Below are positions 47,557 through 60,789 of a DNA stretch of 64,000 bases, one piece after another. The notes under the pieces were generated by a model, which saw nothing but the letters and a program-made list of their open reading frames with translations, searched no databases and was not told the origin of the DNA. Every line of letters begins with the position of its first letter. The first letter of the stretch is position 1. The stretch is from Podarcis gaigeae (Eukaryota), in assembly GCA_964106915.2 (NCBI GenBank), contig OZ066917.1; one strand, 5' to 3'. The position numbers and the translations under genes were made by a program.

Positions 47557-48972
47557 ACCCCTGTAAATTTAGTGGATGGCCTTGTTTACTATTTCTGAAT
47601 CACCATCAAGGGTTGGGGCCGACCCAGATCTCTGGGGTTCAAAAATAAAAGTTGCGGTAGAAGTGCTTTACAGATCACACTTGTTATAGAAGTTACTGAT
47701 TATTCAATATTCAGCCCAACGTTCAAACCAACTCTTATTATCTTTACACTATCTGTCAGTAAGTGACCATTGAATGCTAGGAGCATACTTCTAAACTACA
47801 AGTTAGTAGAATAGTTATTCAGAAAATTAATGAAAATCATGTTTTAAACATTTATGACATAGAAAATAAATGGATCAGATAGACAAGTTAATAATAATCA
47901 ATTCGCTACAATTGTGCAAACTGAGATGCTGCTGATTCATAGTTTTAGACACCAAAAAGTACTACTAGTTATTGATTTTTCTCAAGAGATTTATCAGTAA
48001 GCAACTTGCCTCTTGAAATGAACAGTCTGGGAAGAAATTTAGGAGCTAAAATTGAAACAGAAAATTATGAAATATTTATTATTATGAAATAAGGTGATGA
48101 AATACAAAGTTTTTTTTTATAAAGTTGACTGCAGTTCATTAGGTGGCTACATTATTGTTGTTCTTTAAACCTTAATAACATTTATCAGATTTTAAACACT
48201 ATTTAACTGTAATAAGATTTCAGCCACGCATGACTCTAATATTAAAGACACTGAAAGCATCCCTATGTACTTTAGTTTTACACAAAAAGTAGTCAAGCTG
48301 TGAAACTTGAAAATAACCAGAAAGCTCAGTGTACATGTGCTCTAAAGGTATGGCCCTTCTCTTTTCCTGTGCCAAATGCAGAGTAGCAACATGAGAGCCT
48401 CTGAGTTAGGCAACTACAGCACAAACTGTAAGGCTTCACCATAGGTATGGGTAAAAGTTATCTACATGTGATCAGTGATTGTTGGGCAGGAAGGAAAAAG
48501 AGGTAGCTGCAATGGCTGTGCAGGGAGAAAGGACAGTAGCAAGGGCTGCGAAAATAGTAGGTAGGAATGAGAACCAAAGCAGCACAGATGTGGAGGAAAC
48601 GCTGGTAAGATAAGCAGGAGAGATAGATGAGAAATTGATTAGAAGTACCGGCTGGGTGTTTTGTGGCATTTACCCAAATGAAGGTTTTTGGAAACTTTGG
48701 CTCTCTCTTTTACATAACGTCATGCTGCTGCTGTATTCATTGAAATAGGACCGAGACTTCAGTTAAATTAAATGTAACCAATGTATGTAGATTTTGCATT
48801 AGTTAGGAATGCTATTTTGTGTAGTCTCATCAGTTTTCTTCAGAACAACAAGTGGGCATTTCTTAACAAAAGAATAATAAAATTTTGCACGAACAATTGC
48901 ACATCATTTGTTTGTTTGGGGTCAGATTTTGAAAGTGTATCTTCATAAAGTGGTAAATCTTGTAGTCTAAGG

Positions 48973-49108
48973 CAGGGTTTCCCAAACTTGGGATTCCAGC
49001 TGTTTTTGGCCTACAATTCCCATCATCCCCAATCACTGGTCCTGCTAGCTAGGGATGATGGGAGTTGTAGTCCAAAAACAGCTGGAGACCCAAGTTGGGG
49101 AAGCACTG
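48973..49108. mobile_element. Palindromic hAT (URR1/Charlie-like) MITE, 136 bp
   Basis: The whole element forms an imperfect hairpin, with an 8-bp TSD GTCTAAGG at 48965-48972 and 49109-49116. Confidence 0.88.
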
Positions 49109-50548
49109 GTCTAAGGTATTATGCCTATAGTTATACAAATTAATTATGGAATAAATACTTAGCAGTTCAGTTATCTAATATTGTTCCATCTGTGCTACAA
49201 TAAGCTACTTTGTTATTCCATATCATATTAAACTGTCAGAACAACCCTGAAAATGTGAAGTCATTTTTCACACTTACTTCACAGAATGTGCAGTTTCCCC
49301 CTCGCCCCTGCAGCACACCCACCAGAATTCGCAAGACTAAAACCTGTCTGCTGTAAAACATAGGTACAAAGGTTTTCCCTTTGAATCTGAAGCCTAGCTG
49401 AAAGTTTCCTTTTGATCTCTAACAACTGCCAAGCACCTTCTGCTTCCTTCAGCCTATTGAACTTTAGGAGAAAATGTGAGTTAACCTAAAACTTGTCAAG
49501 ATTAACTGGTATGGGGAAATGGGAAGGAGTAATTACACTGAATGCAAGACAGATGACAGAGAAGTATGGGGTATCTGTTAAACCATACTTTTCTCCAGGA
49601 AGAGATTCTCCACCACTTCTCATTTCAAGTGTTGAAGCTACTATTAACGCCCCAGAATTAACTGCTTTTATGTTAAGAGGATCTTAATGACATTTATTTT
49701 ATCATTTTATTTATGTTAGGACCAATTGCTGTGCTGGACTCTGGTTACAACTTCATTTGTGAACAAATGGTACTTATTATTTACCAAAACATGCTTAGTC
49801 TGAAGCCCTGGAAAATGTTGTCTGATCTATATATACAGCAGATTGCTATGAGCCTGTAACTCTCTTCACTGGCAGTGACCTGGTCTGCATCTCACATTAA
49901 ACCATAGTTAAAATAAAGTATGATTTAAGGCAAACAAGCAGTGTGATGGTGCACGCCAGTGAAATCATAGGCGTTATATGCTTGTCCTGGTCCTGCTATG
50001 CTGTCAGGAAACAAGCCATGATCTGGCTTGCCCTGTCATTCAAACCCAGGCATGGGGTTTGTTTTCTAATCTTGTAATCCAAATGGGGAAAGTTTTGAAA
50101 ATCACCCCCCAACGCCTGAATAAAATGTTCACATGGGTGGGAATACTTCTAAACATAACTGGTCAGGCTGATACATCTTATTTTCCCTTTTGTTACATTT
50201 TCACAATAAAAATCCTTTAATACATCTAATTTACTGCACTCAAAATATACTTTCTAAAACATAGATCAATCTTTTTTTATCAGTGTATTATGACAGATGG
50301 CGTGATTGATTGGGACATGAGTCACCCAGGTTCATCAGATCTTTGACTAACCAGTATTTTATAAAGTTGTGAGGATAAATTAGATGAACAGTGGGGAACT
50401 TCTGCAATCTGTACCAAGCATTTCCAAAACAACAAGGCTCACTATCTCACACAAATGCCAATACCAGACACAGTTGGCAAAGTTTAGAAAACCAGCTCAA
50501 TTATATATGATTTATTTACATCTAACTTTTTTTAAAAAAGATTTTTAC

Positions 50549-50692
50549 CTGCAAGATTGTCAATCTCCTTCTCTTGGAGCAAGCTGACAGCATCATCATC
50601 TCCTTCCAGCATGAGCTCAGTTTCAGCATTCTGATTGACAACAGCTTGACTTCGGAAGGTTTTCTTTGACTTCACGACGTCTTCCTCAGTGC
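50549..50692 (-). CDS. NBEA: Neurobeachin internal coding exon (144 nt, phase 1/1), region just before the PH domain
   Basis: Translates (G)TEEDVVKSKKTFRSQAVVNQNAETELMLEGDDDAVSLLQEKEIDNLA(G), recognisable NBEA sequence. Acceptor is ttttatag| and donor is CAG|gtaaaa on the minus strand. Its phase joins the 31500 exon (G|GC = Gly). Confidence 0.93.
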
Positions 50693-50776
50693 CTATAAAA
50701 ATGGTTACAAACATTTTAGAATTCTGTTAGGTCTTTAGATCAGTCTCAACAACCTGTTTTCCAATACAAAGCAAAT

Positions 50777-50971
50777 TAGGCTTGTCATATGTCAGGAAAA
50801 TTCCTGACATGCCCTGGTTTTTGGATGTATGGCAATGTGATGGAAAAAGCAGTGAAAACAGCTCCAAAAGGTTCCCCCCAAAAAGCTCAACAATTTTGGG
50901 GTATTCCTAAAAAAAGCTAAACAACAACTTTGAGTGTCAGGGATTTTACTTTTTGAAATATGGCAACCCTA
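50777..50971. mobile_element. Probable hAT (Blackjack-like) MITE
   Basis: Termini TAGGCTTGTCATAT / ATATGGCAACCCTA form an imperfect TIR. The TSD is not clean. Confidence 0.5.
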
Positions 50972-53900
50972 AACAGATGGAATCTACCCACTGATACAAA
51001 TATCAATTATCAAAAATACACTTCAAAACAGCCTTTCAAGAACTTTTAATGCATGGGGATGTGTGCTCTTAGAGAACAAAGGCATGGTAGTAAACTTCAA
51101 AACAGAAGGCTGGGCTCCAACTTGTTTTTAACTAGCTTGTCATTGCTGGCAGTAATCCTCTCACATCAATCTGACAATGCATTGTAGCAGAAAGGTACTG
51201 TACTAGACACGCAGGTGAATGTGGCAAATGTGCTGATTAATGATGTAGACAAATCTTTCTGAAATCAGTTTTGTTTTACAATATTAAACATACATTTATC
51301 TGAAAGACATATAAAACTAGCCTGCTTTGGTTTGATAGAAGCTTGTTGGCTTGGCTGTTCTTTAAATTTATCACTCAGTTGAGTATACCTCAGTTTGCCA
51401 CAATATACCAGGCATTTATCTAAATGAAAGTGTAGGAGACCGAAAGTTGCCCTTCAATCACTGTATCCTTTATGAATTAGAGTTCCATTTATCAAAATTA
51501 CAGAAAGAAGAGGTAATGTCTCAGAAGGCTGTCTCATTACAAGGCTTATAAACACTGCCCTTACAAAGAAGTGGTTTAACACCTAACAAATCAAAAATTG
51601 ATTGGGAATAGAATTTATTTGAGATAATCTATCTTCGGAAGACATGCCGTACTGAGTGCACTTCTTGGCCTCAGTCCCCATTCATCAAGAAATTAACAAG
51701 CAAGTTCCACAGACCACCAGACTTCATTGGATTCTGAAGTACGAAATATGTTAAAAACAGATCTGTCACAGATGTTCTAATTGCATACTCCTGAAGGTTT
51801 TTTGTTTCCTTAAAGGATCTCAAAAGAAAAGATACAAGCTGATTATTTCTAATTTCTCTATAGAAGTGCACTGGCAAGGTTGCAAATATGCATTTGGAAT
51901 CAAACTGTACTTAGTATTGTTAGCATTTCTAAAATATAATAAAAATAATTTTATTTATTCTAAAATAGCACAAATACCAGGGAAACATCTAGACAGTGCA
52001 ATCTATCAAGGACCGGGGAGCTGCAGAGTGGCAGATTCCAAAGCCCAGTCAGCTGCAGGCAGCCAAGGCAGAAGAGGTGTGTGAGTGAGAGAGGGAATCT
52101 TTCCTTTTTTGCTGCACCATCTGGGGTCCTCAGGAGATTTGTGGAGCTTTGGATCTCATACACACAAAGGCTCTGCCATTCCGCCCTGACATGCCACATT
52201 TGAGGTCTTCAGCAGTGGGGTCTTCTATCAGCAGTGGGAGAAGTGTCAGTAGCTTTCTGTCTGCTAGGGCATTGCTTGGTTCTTCTGCCATGGCAGAGTC
52301 CTGCCCTGCTAGTGAAGAGGGGCCTACGTACCATCCTAAACTCATTCTAAAGACATTACCATCGTGGGGTCAGGACAGCAACTTAAGTATGCTTATTTAA
52401 CATGTTTCATTAGAGGTAAAAATATGAAAGCAATTTAAAAATCTCTTCCTTGTAGCTTTTACAAGCTGCCAGCTTCGACAAAGATAGTATCTGAAGATTA
52501 GGAAGCTACGAGAAAAGATCCAGGAAAATGGCTAAGAATGTTTTTCTTGATTATCCTGGATTTTTTTGTCCTTTCACTATGATTCGTAAGACAAGGTGAC
52601 GATCCAGAATGCAACCCTGTTGATAGTATGAGAATCCAGTCTCTAGGTTATATCACAAAGTGCTTTTGCGAGTATCCTTTGTTTCAAAAGCTGCTATGAG
52701 AAACAGGAGTTATAGTTTGAGTGACACAAGCACTGAAGTCCCTTAGACCTGTAGACCGAGTTGTGTGGGTCTTTGGATCCAGACCATGGGCTACAAGCTC
52801 ACGAGGTATCTTTTGGACACATAAGTGACAATGCACAAACTGGGCACCCCCCCCCCCCCGTTTCCTTACTTAAGGGTATGCCCCACTGCATGCAACAGGA
52901 CTTACTCCTGAATTGGCATGGTTATATTTGCACTGCAAGGAATATGCAAAAGAGGAGAAAAGCAGGTCCCTCATACTGATTTTTACTCTCTGTTTGGTTC
53001 ACCTAAATGATTACAGATGCCAGGTTCCTTGCAGTTTATTCTAGCCTTAAAACTTTGACCTGTGTACCTGTATTTAGGACCTTACGTAAGGACACTGGTT
53101 TCCTGTTTGAAACCTGAACTGGATAAAAAACTACAAATCACTTTCTCTAGTATATTGACAAGTAAGTATATGGGCCTAGTGCAGAATAAAGCAGCTCTGG
53201 CTTTGTTTTTTGGTTGTAAGTGCATAATTTAAATGGCTGAAATAATAAATGTTTTCCTAAGATGCTTACATCTGACAGAGCACTTGTGATGCTACCAAAA
53301 CCACAATTAAAAATGAAGGATGGTATTCAGTTAAGTTTTACTCAAACTAGACGTATTGAAATGAATGAACATCACTAAGCTAGGTCTAATCTGAGTAGAA
53401 TCTAGCTAAAAGTTCTATGGCATGATAAAGGAATTGGAATTTACTAGTCTCTTGTTTTACTAACATTTTATTTGCGGAAAACCACTAAGTAAATAACCAC
53501 AGAAGAAACAAATGTTGAAATCTTGAATAAAAGAAATAGAAATAAAGGATGGGAAATATCATTCTAGACTATAACTCAGAATATAATGTCTGAGGAAATG
53601 AGAAAAATAAAGGACAAATATACGAGGAGTGCTGCAAACCATGTTAGACTTAAACATACCATTTTTTCTAGGATATATTAAACAGGGTTCAGTATCATTA
53701 GTCTTCTGCAAAACATGACTGAGATAATATTGCCCCAAAAAGGTTTTTATTAACTAGGTCAGCCACACTCTTGATCCGAGACTAAATATTACCTGTGACA
53801 AGTAGATCCCACAGTTCTTCATACCAGTTTCTAATTTTGGAGGTATTGATACATTTCTATGCCTTTGCTGTCTGAAATTTAGCTGCAGTAAGTAACTGGG

Positions 53901-55436
53901 TAACTGAGTCAATGAATTATCTCTGAAACAAAGACACTGAAGAGCCCTATCCATGGATCAAAAAGAATGGTATATCACTTTTGATATGAGACAGAATCTC
54001 CCTTCAGAATTTTAATAGTTTAGGGCATTTATGGACTATACTATGTATAGATATACGTTCAAACCTGACCACAGCCCTATCAAGGCAAATTTGAACAACT
54101 CTAATGTAAATGGCTCAGTCTGCTCGGTGGGAGATACCATCTTGTAAATAACATATAGGTGGCCTCCTTTGTTTTAGCAAGGGAAATGTGAGCACCACTG
54201 TTTTCTTTTTAAAGGGTGTATGAAATTGCAGTTAAGAGTTTAAAAGTTTAATCCTTCAGTTTAATCTCACTGAAACACAAATTCTACTCAAGGAATCACC
54301 TGAGACCAGTATATATTATGAGCAGATAGACCAAGGTACAGACCTGCATTAATCCAGATTCCATCAAATCAAAGGGAATGGGGCCTCTGATTCAGTGGAA
54401 TAAGGAGTGCACTCATTATAAAGAATATTTTCTCTCTTTAAAGTACAATGAAACAGCAAGAAGCATGAAATATAATGACAGAGAGCCTTTTGAAAACGGT
54501 ATTTGGCATGTCAACATTTATTTTGATAACATCCATATTTTCCTCTCAAATTTCATTTAAACTTGTAAATTCTCATTTGGATTCTTCAGGTCACAGCTGG
54601 TACTAGGTATGCAAGCTAAGCTTCAAAGATAACCTGCTGTGTCCATGCTTACAAGAAGTCAGTTCAAGGCTACTTGAATAAATGTAGACTCATAACGTGG
54701 CTGATTTCAGACATGGGTAGACTTTCTGAGAGGTAGAAGCAAAAAAAATACAAATACAAATACAAAATTCAAACCAAGCACATAACTCAGTTCAAACAAA
54801 CCACTCAACATCATCACTCATTAACATCCATTCAACTTTTAAGGTCACTAATTTCATTTTAAAAAGAGAGTGGAAATAAAAGTAAAGTTTGCTTAGAGGC
54901 CATGATACAAGCCAAGGGAGAGTCCTGCGTCTTTCAGAGTTCATTCCACAGCTTACTTCAGTGAATTATAGATAAGGCAATTTATGCAGAGAGTTCTCTT
55001 TCATCTTTGAAGAGGGCTGGCAGAATGGAAAGTTAACTCATTTTAGTGTTACCTAAATGTACTGACAGGAAATTCTAATGTTTCCAAACATCTGGAAATC
55101 AGCTTCATGGGATGGTGATTTCTTTTCTTAAAGAATGCCTTTTCATATACCGTCTTTTACAGCTTTATGTGGCTCCTAAAAGAGTGTTTTGACATAACTA
55201 AAGTCTGTCTGCTTCACAATAAAATGCTGCATTTAATTTAAAAAATCTTTTACAGAATAAAGATGTTTTTGTGAAGTTCTACTCTCTTGGACACTTATAC
55301 GACGTTTCTTATTTCTTATTAAAGCATCTTAGCCTGTGTTGCTTTTTAGCATAACGTCCCTGTTTCAGTTTATAGTCAAGGGTACTAATGAATTAACTCT
55401 TAAGAGATAACACATTTCATTACCTCAGGTATTTGC

Positions 55437-55471
55437 GGCTCTGTGGCGCAATGGGTAGCGCATTGGACTTC
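55437..55471 (+). pseudogene. 5'-half tRNA-Arg(TCT) retrocopy (tailless retropseudogene)
   Basis: GGCTCTGTGGCGCAATGGGTAGCGCATTGGACTTC resembles the 5' exon of vertebrate tRNA-Arg-TCT and stops in the anticodon. It is flanked by a 17-bp direct repeat TTCATTACCT(C/G)AGGTAT at 55416-55432 and 55469-55485. There is no B-box or 3' half. Confidence 0.75.
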
Positions 55472-55796
55472 ATTACCTGAGGTATGAAATGAGAGCAAGA
55501 AAACGTACACATTTGGCATGTCTTCCTTCTTTAATATTGTAAAAGTAAAACTGCGTCAGGCGGTAAACAATTTAAAAGATGCAATCATGAGAATGCAAAG
55601 TTCCGGCAGGCACCAACTTGCAGATCTAGCAGCAGGGCTCAGGGCAACGTTTTGGAAGAATCAGGGCAGGTCACACACCAAGAAACTGCTGGACTGGTTA
55701 TTGCTGTATAGCACCTCCCTAATAATGGCCAGAAGGTGTACTGCAGTGTGTAAGCCCAGTTGAGAATCCTGGTTTGGTTTGGCTTCCAGTCTGAGC

Positions 55797-56115
55797 GAAG
55801 AAGAAGAAGAAGAAGAAGAAGAAGAAGAAGAGGAGGAGGAGGAGGAGGAAGAAGAAGAGGAGGAGGAGGAGGAGGAGTTTGGATTTGATATCCCGCTTTA
55901 TCACTACCCTAAAGAGTCTCAAAGCGGCTAACAATCTCCTTTTCCCTTCCTCCCCCACAACAAACACTCTGTGAGGTGAGTGAGGCTGAGAGACTTCAGA
56001 GAAGTGTGACTGGCCCAAGGTCACCCAGCAATTGCATGTGGAGGAGCAGGGAAGCAAACCCGGTTCACGAGATTATGAGTCCACCACTCTTAACCACTAT
56101 ACCACACTGGCTCTC
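55797..56115 (-). mobile_element. Squam3-like SINE with (TTC)n/(TCC)n tail
   Basis: Near-identical to 14980-15259, with an intact head gagagccagtgtggtatagtggttaagag on the minus strand. Confidence 0.85.
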
Positions 56116-59100
56116 AGCTAGTGTAGTAGCTGTACAGACTCCCCAAAACTAATGTTTTGTTGCTTGAATATCAGCTTTGCCTCACCTCACCAGAGGCCTA
56201 CTTGAATCTTCCCTACCATTTTGTCTTGCTGAAAGTCTTACCTGAATGTTTACTGAACTACTGGAACAGGTTCATAGTCTCCTAGATCAATCACTAACAC
56301 TAGAGACTTCAGTGGCTAGGAGTGCCTTTTACCACCTTTGGCTGGTAGGACAGCTACAGCCATTTTGGGGCTAGGATAGCCTGACGAATGCCATCCATTT
56401 GCTGGTAACCTCCAAATTAGATTACCATAATGTGCTCTAAGTGAGACTGCCCTTGCAGTTGGTGCAAAACGTAGTGGTTCGACTATTCACTGCAGTGGGA
56501 TATTGCCACCATTATCAGTTGCTAACTGCATTGGATTTGAAATTCAAATTATATATATATAATTAATTGTTTTTATACAGGTTTTTTTATTGTTTGCATA
56601 TATGTAACTGTTTTAAATATACTTTTAATTTATTGTGAAATTATGTCAAGATAGGAAGCAATAACAAAAGATAGGAAGCAATAACAAAAGAAAGTATAAT
56701 AGTAGTAGTAATAATTCATACAGGAATTATGCCCATAAGCATAAGATCCCTCAACAGAATCTCATCTCTTAATGAATTGTTAAGAGTTCCATAATTTTCC
56801 AGAGTTGAAAAAGAATTCTAAAAACCCCAAAAAAACTAGGGAGAAAAGGATTAAGAGGAGAAATAGCAGGTAACCTATATTTGAAATAAAAAGAATACTG
56901 GGCACTTAGATTTTCTAGGCTCTGTATAAAAAATAAACTACAGAGAGGATATAGGTACAATCTAAAGTTAAAAACAGATAGATTTAGAGCACAATCAACA
57001 ATTCTAATAGGAAATATTTGATTCTACTAATTATGAGGAGAATTCATTTTTTGCCCTGCTTTCCAATAAACATGCCAAACACTGGTGGTTATTTTCATTT
57101 TGAGAGGTGTTGTACTTAAGAAAATTCAGTACTGTAATGCTGGAACAGAGCAATGACATCTGACCTTGTAAGCAGCATTTGTCAATGAAAATCTCATAAG
57201 GGATATGTCCACATAATTTAACCCATATTGTACATACCTTTCATTAGTTAACATAATGTCTTAAGTTGCAGACATTCATTATATAGCAAAGGCTAGCAAA
57301 TAAGGAGGTGATTACTTGTGATTTAATGATCTTATATTACAAAATATTGAAAATGAGAAAATAATGACAAGTAGCAAAAACTACATTAATAATAATTATG
57401 CTTGAATACAGTTTACAAAGAATAGTCATAACTGAGTTATTTTCCCAAATATAACAAATAGCTACTGCTCAGTAGCAAAGGACATCAAGGACACTTGCAA
57501 GAAAGAATTGGATCAATATTAACGTGATTTTCATTTCATGCTTCCCCAGCTCCAGTAAGCTGACAATACACTCTGATTATGTGAACTGCCTGTGAGTAAC
57601 ATAGAAAAGGTTATTAGAGCAAGAGGTGGAAATGGAATGCACTTTTTATATTGACAGATTTGCTAATAGAGTGTACTGACTTGCAAAAGCCATGCAATGC
57701 GTTTTTCACAATTTGCTTTTCCAAATACACCCTACCTACCTTCTAATACTAGTTCAAAAATATATTTTTAAAAGAAGACATATTTTATATTTATATAAAA
57801 GATAGCTTTTATTGATAGGAAAGTTATTTATAAAATAGACCAAGAGAAAAAATACAATTAAAAAAGCTAAAATGTGTTCTTGAATTTGCAATATGACTTG
57901 AACACTTGTAATGTGATTGTATACTATGGAAGTGCAAGATAATGTAAGAATACTCTTAAGAGAAGGTAGATAATTATTTTGAAATAGAATATAATAAAAC
58001 TTGCCTTAGAGGTTACACATAAATGATAAGTATAGAATCTTCTAGTAGGGTTAAATGTAACAAGCAAAAGCTAAACAAAACTAACTAACTAAGGTTCCAA
58101 ACCTGATAATTAAAATGCCCCCTATCAATGCTTCTTGCCACTTGAGAATTAAATACAACTTGGGTTTCCTTCATTGAAAAAAAAATGAAATTATAGAATG
58201 AATCTGAAAGGTTGCTGCTAAGTCCAGGGAAGTAAAGGAATTCATTCACAGGACTGGAGATGAAACCTCTGAAAAGCTCCACATGTAAATTTTGATTCTG
58301 TATTTAAATTGGCAGTCACAAGAGTATAAATGAGTATAAATCATTTTATCTTTAGAGGGGAAATTCTAAGAGTAGACAAAATATTCTATACCTCACGAGG
58401 TCATTCACCACACATAACAAAGCAAAAGTCTCCAAAGCAATAAAAAAAAAAATTCTCACAAAATGGTGGCAGAATGGGACACTGTGGTGCACATAGCTAT
58501 CTTGTCAAAAGAAAAACCCAACAGGTACCTATCACACCTGAACAGCAGCAGTCCTCATAAAAATCATAGCAGTCAATTAATGAACATTTGGGGGCATTTC
58601 CCTACATTCACAGGACTGTGCTTGGAAAGTGCAATATTCTCACAAGAGAACAGCAACCTCAAACAAGACACACTGTGCATGGGAAATTATTAACAAATCT
58701 GTACTGTACTAAAAAAGATGAACATGCATCAATGCAATGAAATAAATTTTGGATAGCAAAGATGCAGGGTGAAAATGGAAAAGTTGATTGATAAATGAAC
58801 CAAAAGCAGCAAAAAAAGAAAGAAAGAAAGAAAAAGGAAGAAAATCTGGGGAAGACAATGCTCTTTAAGTAAAACGGAATGGTTTACATGCCTGTCTTAC
58901 ATTGCTTCCTCTGAGATCATCACATTTAGACTGAAGAACAGAGAAGAGTTATTTGATGACATCTGGAAGCCCTTTACCACTGAATACACATTTTAAAAGA
59001 GCTCGTCACTGTAATATCTAGATTAGTATCTACATAATCTCTGTCCATGAAGTGGATGCCACTCCATAAAAGTTCCAGAAATATATTCTCATCTTGTACT

Positions 59101-60735
59101 TATATAGAAGTAAAAGCTCAGCATAAAAATGAACAAAGAATGTTATGCTACGTGCTATGCTTTGTGCACCGTTACATTTGAAAATATTATTTTCAAAAGA
59201 CACCGAAAATGAAAGTAGCTTTCCCCCCTGGTAGGGGGAAAAAATGCATGATTCACTAGTAAGAAACTGTAGTACACATGCACAGATGGGAATGCTTAGC
59301 CATTTTAGAAGGAATGATTATCAAAGCAGTTATTTCCCCCCACTTTATCTTGTAGCATTCTTTTATGAACATTCCTAATTCAAATTGTAAGTCACAAGAC
59401 TAAAAAGGCATGAGCAAATGATAAGTTGAAATCAAAGAGAGATTGCGACATTCTGTTTGCAATGGAAATCCATGTGTGCGCAACCAATTTCTCTTCACAA
59501 ATAGGAACACATGCATAGGATGCTGGGTGGTATAGATTTATGCTCCTTTAAACTAGGCACTAAATTCTATAGCTAAACGGCATAGATTCAGCTTGAAGCT
59601 GGTCATTGTTATCCCCCCACCCCAAACAGATCCATACAAAAGATCAAGACAGTGCCATGCCCTATTCTTTGCTTCAAGCCTGCATATCAACCCTTTCTAT
59701 TTCCCAGTGACTATCTGCTCCCCTACATACGATTTTCCCCACCCTTCTAGATCTTTGGGGAAAGCCCTGGTCTGCCACCAGCTTTGGAAATTATGAGGAG
59801 TAGGACTTTTTCTGCGGTGACATCATAGCATAAATGGCTTCAGTCATACATATATTAGGGGCCACCTTTATTTTCATCACCACTGTTGAGACAACTCAAT
59901 AATGCTTTCTTGATTATACACCATCCACATACCAAGTAAAGATATGTTATTGGAAGCTGATCCAGAGTTTATGAAACTCCTATGCCAAATTACATACATG
60001 AGACCTTCATATATCCACAATTTACAACACAACCATCTGAGAGAATACACAGAATCACGAGCACTTATATCCACGTGGCAAGTAGAAATTAGTGAGCTTT
60101 CAGAAGGTCTTCTTGTATGAACATGGAATTTTGCTGCCACAAATGATACATGATCAAGTAATTGTATTGAGCCAATCTGACGGTCATTGTCAGGAACCTC
60201 CTCACTTTCCAAAGTGGTATTTGTATTTAGTTCCTAAGGGGACTGGTGTGTGTGGGTGGGTGGGTGGGTGTGTGTGTTGTGGAGCAAATCTGGGGTTGGA
60301 GACCAAAAGCCAGATGTCTGTGGATAGCCCCACTGAGGATCAAGGGAGCCAGGTCACTCTCCCATTTTATACCTGCGGTGTTTCTCCTCTCACACACAAT
60401 CTCAGTGCTAGTGGATGGAGCCGCTTCACAATGAATTAGCTTGCATCAGAACGGAAGAAATTAACACGGCGGGTTCCTTTGCTAAGTGCTAGTATCTGGA
60501 AGGCTCAGAAAAGGAAGCTTACAGATTGGAAGGCTCAAATCCAGTTTGGACTCGGGTCCAAGCCAAGCTCAGCCAAACTCTCACATAATCCCTATTGGCA
60601 AGGAAGTTATACAAGCAGCTCTCTGCACAGTTCACGGTCATTTTGACCTTGCTAGATTGCATAAACTGCTTAGAACACTAACAGTTGTACTGTTAACAAA
60701 CCACTGTACTCTGGGGACTGTGTCGTAATTTGCAA

Positions 60736-60738
<3 letters not shown>

Positions 60739-60788
<50 letters not shown>
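60739..60788. repeat. (CT)n(CA)n microsatellite
   Basis: Directly visible. Confidence 0.95.

Positions 60789-60789
<1 letters not shown>

Noticed and set aside
55437-55471. Functional tRNA gene
   Set aside because: Only the 5' half is present, with no T-arm, B-box or acceptor 3' strand.
56648-56691. Short 18-27 bp tandem duplications (also ~8454-8492, ~36227-36260, ~61220-61267)
   Set aside because: These are ordinary slippage duplications with no further structure.
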